NCBI RefSeq assembly: GCF_963921235.1
Contig: NC_086108.1
Span: forward strand, 31,684,001-31,748,000
DNA: 64,000 bases
Source: Mobula hypostoma
Lineage: Eukaryota
Direction of reading: 5' to 3'
The notes beneath the pieces are model-generated. The model saw nothing but the letters and a program-made list of their open reading frames with translations, had not been told where the DNA came from and did not search any database. Within the stretch, counting starts at the first letter, position 1, and the number at the start of each line of letters is the position of its first letter. Shown here piece after piece: positions 47,060 through 59,224 of this stretch. The translations under genes were made by a program, and so were the position numbers.

Positions 47060-47380
47060 TTTTACCACACCATAGGAAGCATCCTACCCAAATGTATCAT
47101 GGTTTAGTGAGGGCAATGTTCTGCCTGTGACTGCAAGAAACAGCAGAGAGTGTGGAGACAGCATAGCCTATCACGAAAACCAGCTTCCCCTCCATGGACT
47201 CGGTATATACATCCTACTACCTCGGGGAAGCCCCGATATAAACAAAGACTCCTCGCACCCTGGACAATATATTTTCCTCCTTTCATGAGGCAGAAGATAC
47301 ACAAGTTGAAAACACACACCACCAGGCTCAAGGACAACTTCCATCCCACTGTCATAAGACTCTCCAAAAGATCTCCAAAG
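47060..47380 (+). mobile_element. Rex1/Babar 3' fragment, decayed
   Basis: ORF 47150-47392 ending KLKTHTTRLKDNFHPTVIRL. Confidence 0.65.
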
Positions 47381-47404
47381 ATGAGCTCTTGATATCACAC
47401 ACTA

Positions 47405-48580
47405 AACTTGTAAAAATGCCATCCCCTTCTCTCAGTTCCTCTGTCTCTACCTCTACCTCATCTGCTCTCAGGATGAGGCTTTTCATTTCAGAACGAATGA
47501 GATGTCCTCCTTCTGCAAAGAAAGGGGCTTTCCTTTCTCCACCATCAACGCTTCCCTCATCCACATCTCTTCCATTTTGCGCAAGTCTGCCCTCACCCCA
47601 TTCTCCCACCACTATTTCAGCGATAGAGTTCCTCCTGTCCTCACCTACCACCTCACTAGCTTCCATATCCAACGTATAATTCTCCATAGCTTATACCATC
47701 TCTAATAGAATTCCACCATTAAGCACATCTTTCCCTCTCCCCACTTTCCGCAGCTTTCCCCACTTTCTACGTAACTCCCTTGTCCACTCATCCTTCCTCA
47801 CCGATCACGATTATGGTCCTTAAACTTGCAAGTGAAATAAGTGCCTCTCTTGCCCCTACACCTCCTCTCTCACTACCACTCAGGATCCCAAACAGTCCTC
47901 CTAGGTGAGGCAACACTTCACCTGCAAGTCTGCCGGGGTTATTTTCTGTATCTGGTACTCCCAGTGTGGCCTCCTGTATATTGGTGAGACCCAATGTAGA
48001 TTGGGAGACCAATTTGCCAAGCACTTTCACTCTGTCCATCAGAAGAAGTGGTACTCCCAGTAGCCATCCATTTCAATTCTACTTCCTATTCCCATTCCAA
48101 CATGCCAGAGCAGCATATTCTGTCTGGGTACGCTTAAATGATGGATTGAACATCAATTTCTCGAACTTCCAGAAATTGCCCCCTGCCCAACTTCACCACT
48201 TCCCATTCCTGTATTCCTGTTTCCCTCTCTCATTTTATCTCCTTGCCTGCCCATCACCTCCCTCCGGTGCTCCTCTCCCTTCCCTTTCTTCCATGGTCTT
48301 CTATATCAGATTTCCCTCCTCCAGCCCTTGATCTCTTTCACTAATCAACTTCCCAGCTCTTTACTTCGCCCCCTCGCCTTCTCCCAGTTTCACCTACCAC
48401 CTGTCACCTTATACTTCTTCCTCCCCTGCCCCCACCTTCTTACTCTGACTTCTGACCTTCCTTTCCATTCCTGAAGAACGGTCTCGGCCTGAAACATCGA
48501 CTGTCCACTCCTTTCCAGAGTTCCTTCAGCATCTTGAGTGCGTTTTTTGGATTTCTAGCATCTGCAGATTTTTTCCTGTT
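47405..48580 (+). mobile_element. Penelope-like element fragment, decayed
   Basis: ORF 47502-47705 MSSFCKERGFP..RVPPVLTYH, GIY-YIG remnant (LLYIGET, about 47970) and a 3' end with hammerhead remnant CTGAAGAA..GAAACATC at 48471-48498. Confidence 0.8.
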
Positions 48581-48948
48581 CTTGACACTACGACCTTTTT
48601 CATCACGGTTCTTGCATTTTATTATCTGCCTGCAGTGCATTTTCTGTAAAAATATATTTATATTCTTTTATTGTGTTTTCCTTTGCATTACCTCAATGAA
48701 CTTACACTTTGAAATAATCTTTATCTTTTTCAGGAGTTATAGACCAGCTCAGAAACAAGCCCTTCAACCCAGCAAATCTGCACCAGATCAAAAATCCAAA
48801 CGATTCAGATGGTATTGGTGTAGGTGAATCAGAAAGAGAATCAGGTCTAATATCACTGGCATATCTCATGAAATATGTTGTTTAGTGGAAGCAGGACAAT
48901 ACAATATAGTATTTTAAAAACTATAAATTACAGTAAGAAATATAAATA

Positions 48949-50070
48949 CAGTGGATTCCAGTTAATTGAGCTATTGGTTTGCTAGGGCATATTCTGGAAT
49001 TAGGGTATATAGCAAGCATTAACTTCAGCATGCAATTTCCCGACCTGAATATGGATAGTGGATTGAATTCAAAATGCAGCTTGGAACAGTAAATTTCAGA
49101 TCATGGAATATCCATTTAACTGGTATATGTCTGCATTTGCATGAATGCAATCAATCCCCCACTGCATGAATAGAACTCAGAGACTAAGCAACTTATTTTG
49201 GATATGTTGGTGGGAAGATCCAGGCATTTAAAAACTATATCTAACTCAAAAGAAGCATCATTGTAACTATACTAGAAGGGCACTGTAACTGTAGAAATTG
49301 TCCTCTTCTCTTTGTTCTTTAACATATAAAAATGTGCTGTAACGTTGGGTCGGGGTGTATCTCTCCCTCTCCGTCTCTCTCTCTCCCTCTCTACCTCCTT
49401 CTACCTCGAGACCTCAAAAGATTGTCAGCTTGTGTGTGTGTGTGCTCCGAATAAAAGACTACTTAATATCTACCAGCTATATCTCTGCGGTGACAGGTTA
49501 ATTGGGCAATTAGTTATTTGGGACAATTCTTAAAGAACAAAAACTATTTGACAAAATGGCCAGGATTCCGTTTGTTTATTTGGGACTCTTTGCCACCTAA
49601 TTGTGACAGGAGACTGTTGCCAAATAGGTTCTAACTTGCATCAGTCATGCACAATGTAGTGGTTAGATTCTATAACAATCAGCTTTTAAATAGTGTTAGA
49701 TGTGTATGTGTATGTGTTCAAAAAGCAGTGATTTTTGTCACTGATAGTTGGCAAGAAATACGCAGCAAGACAATTCAAAACTGTTTTGCTCACTGTGGTT
49801 TCAAGCATCTCGTCTTGAGATGCCAGAAATGGGCAGGAATGAAAATTGAAATGATTTCACTACGTCAACAAGTTAGGACCTACAAAGAATTTGAAGGCAT
49901 CGACAATCATCTTGAATGTTACAATGAAAATAAAGATTTGGAGGATGCAATTGTCGACAGCATTGTATGAAGCCAGTCCATTATCTGCACAAGGTGTTCA
50001 CACTGATCTTGTTCATTGTCAATAACTATTAGGAACTAATACACAGTTCTATAGTACTGCTCTGATTAGA
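48949..50070 (+). mobile_element. Tigger/pogo-type DNA transposon remnant
   Basis: TA followed by CAGTGGATTCCAGTTAATTG terminus; ORF 49647-49970 DSWQEIRSKTIQNCFAHCGF resembles a pogo transposase C-terminus. The right end was not found. Confidence 0.7.
48980..49495 (+). mobile_element. Solo LTR (516 bp) inserted in the Tigger element
   Basis: TG...CA termini, 4-bp TSD GGTT (48976-48979 and 49496-49499), TATA-like ATATAAAAA at about 49324 and AATAAA at 49450. Confidence 0.8.
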
Positions 50071-50087
50071 GCACTACCAAAAGGGGG

Positions 50088-50123
50088 GTGTGTGTGTGTG
50101 TGTGTGTATGTGTGTGTGTGTGT
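50088..50123. repeat. (TG)n microsatellite
   Basis: Direct reading. Confidence 0.9.
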
Positions 50124-50414
50124 AATAAATTAAATTAGTTGGGTAAAAAAGAACAAAAAAGAAAAAAAAAGAGAAGAAACCAAACCATCCTGAGGAAAGT
50201 TTTGCTGCCACAGGAGGAATGTGCAACCTTCACATGCACAATACTGAAGGTTAGGATCAAAGCTGTTCTCTGGAGCTCTGAGGCAACAGCTCTTCTCTCT
50301 GGGCTACTACAAGGCATCTGGAAGACCTTTACAATTTATTGAGCAGACCACTGCTTACTCAACTTTGGAGTTGTCATATGAAAGAATGCTTGGTCTCAGT
50401 ACCTTCAGGCTATG

Positions 50415-53380
50415 TTCACAGAATACTACAGCAGTGTTTGTCTCATGATGTTGTGCAATGTTTTAACCTACTCCAAGATCAATCAAATCTTTCCCTCCCA
50501 CATAGCCCTCCATTTTATTCATCCATGTGCCTGTCAGTCTCTTAAATGTCCCTAATATATCTGCCTCATCCACAACCTCCACTAGTGCATTCCATGCACT
50601 ACCATTTACTGTGTAAAAAAACACCTCCGACATTTCCACCCTGTACTTTCCTCCAGTCACCTTAAAGTATGTCCTCCCATTGCCACCCTTCGAGAAAGAT
50701 ACTGGCTGCCCACTCTTATCAAATCATCTCTCATCCACCTTTGCTCCAAAGAGAAAAGGCCTAGTTGTTCAACCATTTCTTTTAAGGCATGTTCTCTAAT
50801 CCAAGCACATTCTGATAAACCTCCTTTACTCTCTCTCTAAAGCTTTCATAACCTTCCTATGATGACTCAACCAGAACTGAACATAATACTCCAAGTGTTG
50901 ATTAACCATGGTTTTATAGAGCTGTAATATTACCTCACAGCTCTTGAACTCAATCCCCCAACTAATGAACACCAGCAACATCATATGTCCTCTTAACCAT
51001 CCGATCAAAATGTACGGCAACATTGGGGGATTGATGGACTTGGACTGAGATCCCTCTGTTCCTCCACACTGCCAAGAATTCTGCTATTAATCTTGCACTC
51101 TGCCTTCAAATTTTACATATCAAAGTACATCAGTTCACCCTTTTCCAGATTGAACATCATCTGCCACTTCTCAGCACAGCTCTGCACCTAGTCTATGTCT
51201 CACTGTAACCCACAACAACCTTCTACACTCTTCACAAACACTACCTTCACATCATCTGCAAACGTACTAATCCACTCTTCCATTTCCTCATCTAAGTCAT
51301 TTATAAAAATCTCAGAAGAGCATGTGTCCCAGACCAAATCCCCGTGGAAACTAATATTAGAGAAGATGCTCCATCTACTACCATCCTTTGCCTTCTGTAG
51401 GCAAGACAATTCCAAATCCAGGCGCGGTTTCCTTGGATCCCTTGTTTCCTGATTTTCTGAATGAGCCTACCATAGGGAACCTTGTTAAACACCTTATTAA
51501 AATCCATATACACCATATCCACTGTTCCACCTTTATCAATTTGTTTTCCACTTTCTCAAATAAAGTCAGTCATACTCTTGAGCCATAACCTGCCCATCAC
51601 AAAGTCATGCTGACTATCCCTAATCAGACTCCTCTGCATCCAAATGCTCGTAAATCCTGTCTCTAAGAATTCTCTCCAATGGTTTGCCTACTGCTGATGT
51701 ATGTCACACTGGTCTAAAATTCTCAGGGTTATCCCTACTCCCTTTCTTGAACAAAGGAATAACATTTGACATCATCCAATCTTTTGGTATTACTCCAATG
51801 GCCACTGAAGGCAAAAAGATTATTGACAGAAGCACAGCAATCTCTTCCATTCCTTCCAATAATAACCTGGGGTATAGCCAGTTCAGCCTTGGGGACTTAA
51901 CTATCCTAATGGTTTTCTAAGATTCCAGCACACTCTCTTTCTTAACCTTGACATATTCCATCATATTAGCCTGGTCTATGATATCTTCACATTCATCAAG
52001 GTGCCTCTCACTCAGGGGTTCTCAACCTGAGGTCCATGGACCCCTTACTTAATGATATTGGTCCATGGCATAAAAATGGTTGGAAACTCCTGTAGTGTCA
52101 CTGGTGAATACTAAAGCAAAGTATTAATTAAAGACCTCTCCTACCTCCCCTGACTCCAGGTAAATATTTCCTCTTTTAACCTGGAATGGTCTTACCCTCA
52201 CTCTACACATATGTGAAAAAGAGGAGGATGACTAGAGCACATTAGGTTTTCTTTAATCCTACTTGCCAAGGCCTTCTCATGCCCCCTTCTAGCTCTCCTT
52301 AGACCCCTTCTTAAGTTTTCCTGGCAAACTTATAATTCTCAAGATCCTCACCTGATTTTTGCTTCCTAAATCTTAAGAATGCTCCCTTCTTCTTCTTCTT
52401 GTCAAAAGTGGTTCCATTTCCCGCCTATGCTTTCCCTGCCTCGATGGGACAACCTTATCCAGAAATGCACACAAGTGCTGCCTAAACAACTTCGATATTT
52501 CCATTGTACATCTGTCCCCAATTTACACCTCCAAGCTCTTGCCCAATAGCATCAAAATTATCCCTCCCCTAATTACTTCCCATACTCTCTGCTCCTATCC
52601 CTAGCCAAAGCTATGCTAATGGTCAAGGAGTTATGGTCACTGTCTATGAAATGCTCATCCACCAAGAGACCTGTCACCTGACTGGGCTCATTGCCTAGTA
52701 CTAGATCCTATATGGCCTCTCCTCTTCTCAACCCATCTACATATTGTGTTCAGAATCCTTCCTGGACACACTTAATACATTCTGACCCATTGATCCCTCT
52801 TACACTAAGGAAGTACCAAACAGTATTAGGGAAGTTGAAGTCACCCGTAACAACAGCCCTGTTATTTTTGCATCTTAAAATCTGACTACTGATCTCCTCC
52901 TGAGTCTTTGTTGCTTTTAGAGGAGGGGTCTATGGAATACCCCAATAAAATGATTGCTCCCTTCCTACTTCCAACTTCCATCTACACTGATTGAGTAGAC
53001 AATCTTTCCATGACATCTTCCCTTTCTGCAACTGTGACACTATCCCTAACAATGCCACTTCTCCACTTATTTTACCTGTTTGATTTGAAACATACAAACC
53101 CTAGGTCATCCAGCAGCCATTCCTGCCCATGTTAAAGCTAAGTCTCTAATGGCCACAATGTTGTTGTTCCATGTATTGATCCATGCTCACAGTTCATCAC
53201 ATTAGAGTAAACACACTTCAACCCATCCAACTGACTGCATTTATGCCCTGTCCTCTGCCTAACCTATCGCAATCTGTCTACGCTTTGGATCTGATTTTAT
53301 ACTAACTGCTCTGTTCACTGACTCATTACTCTGGTTCCCATCCCATTATCAAATTAGTTTAAACTCTCTAGCAAACTCTT
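50415..53380 (-). mobile_element. CR1 LINE ORF2, nearly full span but heavily decayed
   Basis: Fragments VYMDFNKVFNKVPYGRLIQK, IFINDLDE..FADD and GIEFKS..HLEYYVQFW; colinear with 39311-42090. Confidence 0.85.
52013..52092. mobile_element. 80-bp hAT-type MITE
   Basis: Imperfect TIRs CAGGGGTTCTCAACC and GGTTGGAAACTCCTG; it interrupts the CR1 sequence. Confidence 0.7.
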
Positions 53381-53384
53381 TACA

Positions 53385-53792
53385 TCATCTGCTGAAGGCT
53401 AGATCTGTGACATTCAAGTCTGGCAACCCAGGCCTGTACAGAAAACCAGGTATGATTTGCAGAGGCCTATTTCAAGGGCAAAGAGACAATTTTGAACGTG
53501 GTTGGAGGAGACATAGGATACACGGCAAGGGTCTGCAAGACATTACTTCCTACAAAGTGAAACCCGATAGCATGAATGGCAGCGATGCTTCACTACCAGA
53601 TGAACTCAATGCCTTCTATGCACGCTTTGAAACGGAGAGCACAACTACAGCTGTGAAGATTCCTGCTGCACCTGATGACCCCGTGATCTTCGTCTCAGAG
53701 GCCGATGTTAGGCTGTCTTCAAAGAGGGTGAAGCCTCGCAAAGCAGAAGGTCCCGACTGAGTACCTGGTAAGGCTCTGAAAACCTGTGCCAA
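53385..53792 (+). mobile_element. Rex1/Babar internal fragment
   Basis: ORF 53407-53760 DASLPDELNAFYARFE..PRKAEGPD. Confidence 0.8.
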
Positions 53793-55650
53793 CAGAAGGT
53801 AACTAAAAATCCAATGAGACAAAAGATAAAATATGAAGGTAAATTAGGCAATAATATAAGAGGAAATAAAAAGTTTCTTTCAGATATATAAAGAATAAAA
53901 GGGAGAGTAATTGGGATGTAATGTTAAAATTGTACAAGGCATTGGTGAGGCCAAATTTGAGTATTGTGTACAATTCTGGTCACCGAATTATAGGAAAGAT
54001 ATCAACAAAATAGAGAGAGTACAGAGGAGATTTACTAGAATGTTACCTGGGTTTCAGCACCTAAGTTACAGAGAAAGGTTGCGCAAGTTAGGTCTTTATT
54101 CTTTGGAGCCTAGAAGGTTGAGGAGGGTCTTGATAGAGATATTTAAAATTATGAGGGGGATAGATAGTGACGTGGATAGGTTTTTTTCCATTGAGAGTTG
54201 GGGAGATTCAAACAAGAGGACATGAGTTGAGAGTGAAGGGGCAAAAGTTTAGGGGTAACGCAAGGGGGAACTTCTTTACTCAGAGAGTGGTAGCTGTGTG
54301 GAACGAACTTCCAGTAGAAGTGATAGAGGGGTAATTTTGTCATTTAAAAAAAATTGGATAGGTATATGAACAGGAAAGGAATGGAGGGTTATGGGCTGAG
54401 TGCAGGTAGATGGGACTAGGTGAGAGTAAGCATTCAGCACGGACTAGAAGGGCCAAGTTGGCCTGTCTCCATGCTGATTTGTTATATGGTTATATGCTAT
54501 ATGGAGATGAGAATGGACATCGGACCACTGGAAAATGTACAGGTAGTAATGGGGAACATGGAGATTATGGGCGAACTTAAGTAATTTGTGCTAGTCTTCA
54601 CTGTGGAAGGCACTAGCAGTATGTCATAACTGTGAGAGTGTCAGGGGGCAGAAGTGAATGTCATTTCTATTACTAAGGAGAAGGTGCTTGGGAGCTGAAA
54701 ATTCTTAAGGTAGATAAGCCACTTGGACCAGATGGATTACACCCCAGGGTTTGGAAAGAGGTAGTGGAATGCACTACCTGAGTCAGTGGTGGAGGCAGAT
54801 ACACCAGTGAAGTTTAAGAGACTACTAGACAGGTATATGGAGGAATTTAAGGTGGGGGGTTATATGGGAGGCAGGGTTTGAGGGTTGGAACAACATTGTG
54901 GGCCTGTACTGTGCTATACCATTCTATGTTAAGAAATTGTGGAGGCATTAATAATGATTTTTCAAGAATCATTAGATTCTAAAATGGTTCCAGAAGACTG
55001 GAAAATTGCATATGTCACACCACTCTTTGAGAAAGGAGAAAAGAAAGAAAAAGGAAATTATAGGCAGGTTAGCCTGACTTCAGTGGTTGGAAAGATGTTG
55101 GAGTCTATTGTTGAGGATAAAGGTTTGGGGTACTTGGAGGCACATGACAAAATAGGCCAAAGTCAGCATGGTTTCTTTAAGTGGAAATCTTGCCAGACAA
55201 GGTACTGCACACAAGCCCATGGTATTACAGGAAAGATACTGGCCTGGAAAGAAGATTGCTGAATGGCAAGAGGCAGAGTGGGAATAAAAGAGGCCTTTTC
55301 TGGTTGGCTGCAAGTGACTACTGGTGAGCCGCGGGGGTTGGCGCTAGGACCACTTTTTTTAAAAAAACGGAATATAGGTATAGACTATTTTCTAAATAGA
55401 GAGAAAATTCAAAACTCGGAGGTGCAAAGCGACTTGGGAGTCCTCGTGCAGGATTCCCTGAAGGTCAACTTCCACGATGAGTCGGTGGGAAGGAAACCAA
55501 ATGCAATGTTAACTTTCATTTCCAGAGGAGTAGAAGACAAAAGGACGTAATTCTGAGGCTTTATAAGTCGTTGGTCAGAACGTAATTGGAGCATTGTGAG
55601 CAATTTAGGGCCCTATTTCTAAGAAAAGATGTACTGGCATTGGAGAGAAA
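53793..55650 (+). mobile_element. Decayed CR1 with two nested CR1 3' ends (about 53910-54495 and young copy 54766-54929)
   Basis: ORFs 53911-54225 and 54939-55262; tails GTTATATG and TTCTATG. Confidence 0.75.
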
Positions 55651-55739
55651 AGCTGCAGGCTACTCTGCACTCTCTGTCTATTCCCTTTCCCTCTCTGCAC
55701 TGTCACCCAGCATCCTGCCTCCTGCAACTTGCACGCGAC

Positions 55740-55925
55740 TGTCTCGCCTAGTTCCCGTCCATTACCCCACCACCACCCCTGAATATGCGTAGGTCATCCA
55801 TTTCCAGTTCCCTAACGTGGTCTGTGAGAAGCTGTAGCCGGATGCACTTCTCATAGATGTAATCATCAGAGACACTGCAGCTCTCCCTGACTTCCCACAT
55901 CCTGCAAGAGGAGCACACCCACCAT
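55740..55925 (-). mobile_element. CR1 ORF1 N-terminal zinc-finger/coiled-coil fragment
   Basis: Minus strand reads VCSSCRMWEVRESCSVSDDYIYEKCIRLQLLTDHVRELE. Confidence 0.65.
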
Positions 55926-56259
55926 CCTGGGTTCCATTCCCACTGCTCTACCTACGCAATAATAACGGAAGAGAAATTTCTTAGAAACTCAAAGAAAACA
56001 ATTTGTAAAATGTATATTCCCAAAGCCTCCCAATACATTTAATTTTGTTCAGCTCTTTTCAGATCCTTCCTCAGTTAACGCTGTCCCTAACATCTCTGAA
56101 TGTTAACTGTACACTGGAATTTATGTAATTCCATACAAACACAACTGTCAGACTGGCACCATTCCTTGATGTTGCTGGACTGTTATGATTTCCAAGCGGT
56201 GTAAATGCACGTTCCTTTGGAGATTACTGGGAATCATTCTATATGGAGTAATGTTTGCA

Positions 56260-57255
56260 CCAAGGAGCATTACAAGATGGAAGTGAAAGCTTTGGAAAGG
56301 GTGCAGAAGAGGTTTACCAGGATGCTGCCTGGATTCGAGGGCATGAGCTGTACAGGCAGGTTGGACAACTTGGGTTGTTTTCTCTTAAGAATCCAAGGTT
56401 GAGAGGAGACCTGATACAATTTCATAAGAGCAAGAGAAGCATATTGTAGATCATCAAAATATTTCTCAGTGTGGAAATGTCAAGGCTGTATTTAAAGTGA
56501 GGGGAAAGACTTAAAGGAGGATTGGCAGAGCAGAGTGGCAGGTTCCTGGAATGAGCCGCCAGGAGTGGTGGAAGTTGGTACGACAGTCGTGCTTAAAGGG
56601 CTGTTAGAGACACACATGAATTTGCAGGGAACAGTGATCTGGATCATGTACAGGAAAAGAAAATTAGTTTAATTCTCTTCTACCTGTGTTCAGTGCAAAC
56701 ATTGTAGGCCAAGGCCTCATGTATTGTTCCAGGTATCCAGGCTGCTACAAGATTATTGAATGATCTCCAAGTACAGTAAGATGGATTCCTGACCTCACAA
56801 TTTATCTTGTCATGGCACTGCAGGTTGTTGCCTGCCTGCGCTGCACTTTATCTGCAACTGTAACACTTTATTCAGGATTATTGTTTCTCCTTTGTACTAC
56901 CTCAAGTATATGAGATGATGAGTGGCATTGAACGTGTGCTTAGCAAGAGGCTTTTTCCCAGGGCTGAAATGGCTAACACGAGGGGGGTTAGTTTTAAGGT
57001 GCTTAGAAGTAGGTACATGCCAGAGGTAAGTTTTTCACACAGGAGTGGTGGATGCATCGAATGCACTGCCAGCAAAGGAGGTAGAGGTGGATACAATAGG
57101 GTTTTTTTAAGAGAGTCTTAGATAGGTACATGGAGCGTAGAAAAGTAGAGTGCTATGCAGTAGGGAAATTCTAGGTGGTTTCTGAAGTGGGTTACATGGT
57201 CGGTGCAACATTGTGGGCCAAAGGGCTTGAAATGTGCTGTAGCTCTCTATGTTAT
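56260..57255 (+). mobile_element. Two decayed CR1 3' fragments (about 56260-56730 and 56905-57255)
   Basis: VKALERVQKRFTRMLPG and RLFPRAEMANTRG; CR1-type tails. Confidence 0.7.
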
Positions 57256-57772
57256 GTAAGGCTCTGATTTGCTGAAATTATCTGTATGAATGGCAATCAG
57301 ATCAAATTTTTTCACAGTACCTTGATACACGTGACAATAAACCAATTTACCAATGAAAACTGAGGTTAAAATGTCATTATGAAGTTGAGAAATGATCTCG
57401 ATCTTAATGATATCTTGAACAGGATGCCCTTTATGCTTGAACACACAGCAAATAGTATGTTGGGAGAAGAAAAGCTCCATTGATTAAACACAAAACTAGG
57501 AGTAGGAGGATATTCAGCCACTTATGCCAATACTGCCTGATTTGCGTGTACTGCTTGCTTACTTGAGTAGGTTGTTAAAGTTAAGCCTCACAATAGGAAA
57601 AAAGACCTAGCATGAATGAGAAACCAAGAAGTGGGCAGAAAAGGCATTGGAGAAATTAATTACATTTTCTCTTGAGTTTAAGAAAAAGAGGGGGGCAATC
57701 TTATTGAAACATACACAATTCTTTAACAGGGTAGATGCAAGGCAAATGTTTTCCTTTGGCTGTGGAGTCTAG

Positions 57773-58968
57773 CAGGGCACTTCACTCTGCCCTGACCCAC
57801 TTGGACAGCCCAACTCTTATGTCAGAATGCTGTTCATTGACTTCAGTTCAGCATTCGATACTGTGATCCCCTCCAAGCTGGTCGCCAAACTTAGCCAGCT
57901 TGGTATCAGCTCATCCCTCTGCAATTGGACCTTGAACTTTCTAACAGACCCCAATCAGTTAATTAGACAACCTCTCCTCCTCCACTCTCACACTGAACAC
58001 CAACGTGCCTCAAGGCTGTGTGCTGAGCCCTCTTCTGTACTCTCTTTTCACCTACAACTGCGTTCCTGTACATGGTTCTAACTCCATAATCAAGTTCGCA
58101 GACGACACCACGGTAGTTGGCCTGATCAGAGGGGATGACAAGACGGCCTACAGGAACGAGGTCCAGCACCTGGCCGCGTGGTGCGCCAACAACAACCTGG
58201 CCCTTAACACCCAGAAGACCAAGATCATTGTGGACTTCAAGTATGCAAGGAGCCACACTCACGTCCCCATCTACATCAACGGAGCTGTAGTGGAGCGCGT
58301 ATCAAGCTTCAAGTTCCTTGGTGTCCACATTTCTGAGGATCTCACCTGGTCCCTGAACTCCTCCATCCTGATCAAAAAGGCGCAACAGCACCTTTATTTC
58401 CTGCAGAGCATCAAGAAAACTCACCTCTGTCCCAGGATACTGACGGACTTTTACCGCTATACCATTGAGAGCATACTCACCAACTGCATCTCAGTGTGGT
58501 ATGGCAATAGTCCCGTATCGGACCACAAAGCACTCCAGTGTGTGGTGAAAACTGCCCGGCGGATTATTGGCACCCAATTGCCCACCATTGAGAACATCTA
58601 CCATGAACGCTGCCTGGGCAGGGCGAAAAGCATTATCAAGGATGCATCTCACCCTAACCATGGACTTTTTACTCTCCTCCCATCCGGTAGGCGCTACAGG
58701 AGCCTCCGCTGCCGCACCAGCAGGCCTAGGAAGAGCTTCTTCCCTGAGGCTGTGACCCTGCTGAACCTCTCATCACAGCGCTAAGCAGTTTTGCACCCGT
58801 ATTGTTCTGTCTCAGTACTTTTATATTTGTGTGCTGTAGCACTTACCTTTTCTCACAGTTATTTTGTAAATAACACTATTCTTTGCATTTCTGGTCAGAT
58901 GCTGACTGCATTTCATTGGCTTTGTATCTGTACTCGGCGCAATGACAATAAAGTTGGATCTAATCTAA
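57773..58968 (+). mobile_element. Relatively young Rex1/Babar LINE 3' half, inserted in a decayed CR1
   Basis: ORFs 57827-58081 ([12 protein letters not shown]) and 58005-58784 (259 aa, [20 protein letters not shown]); tail (ATCTA)n; TCTAG on both flanks (57768-57772 and 58969-58973). Confidence 0.9.
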
Positions 58969-59224
58969 TCTAGAACCTGGAGTAACAGTCTCAGCAAAAA
59001 GAATCTGCCATTTCAGACTGAAATAAGGATTGCTTCACCCAGAAGGCAACAAATCTTTGGAATTTTCTATTCCAGGTGCTTAGGAGGATCAGTCACTGCA
59101 AATATTCCAGGTAATACCTTATATATTTTTTGGGTATTAAGCTACAGGGTCAGTGCAGAAAGCAGTGCAGAGGCCAAAAAAAAGTCAGGCAAGATTGTAT
59201 GGAACGGCATTCTCCTGTTTATTA

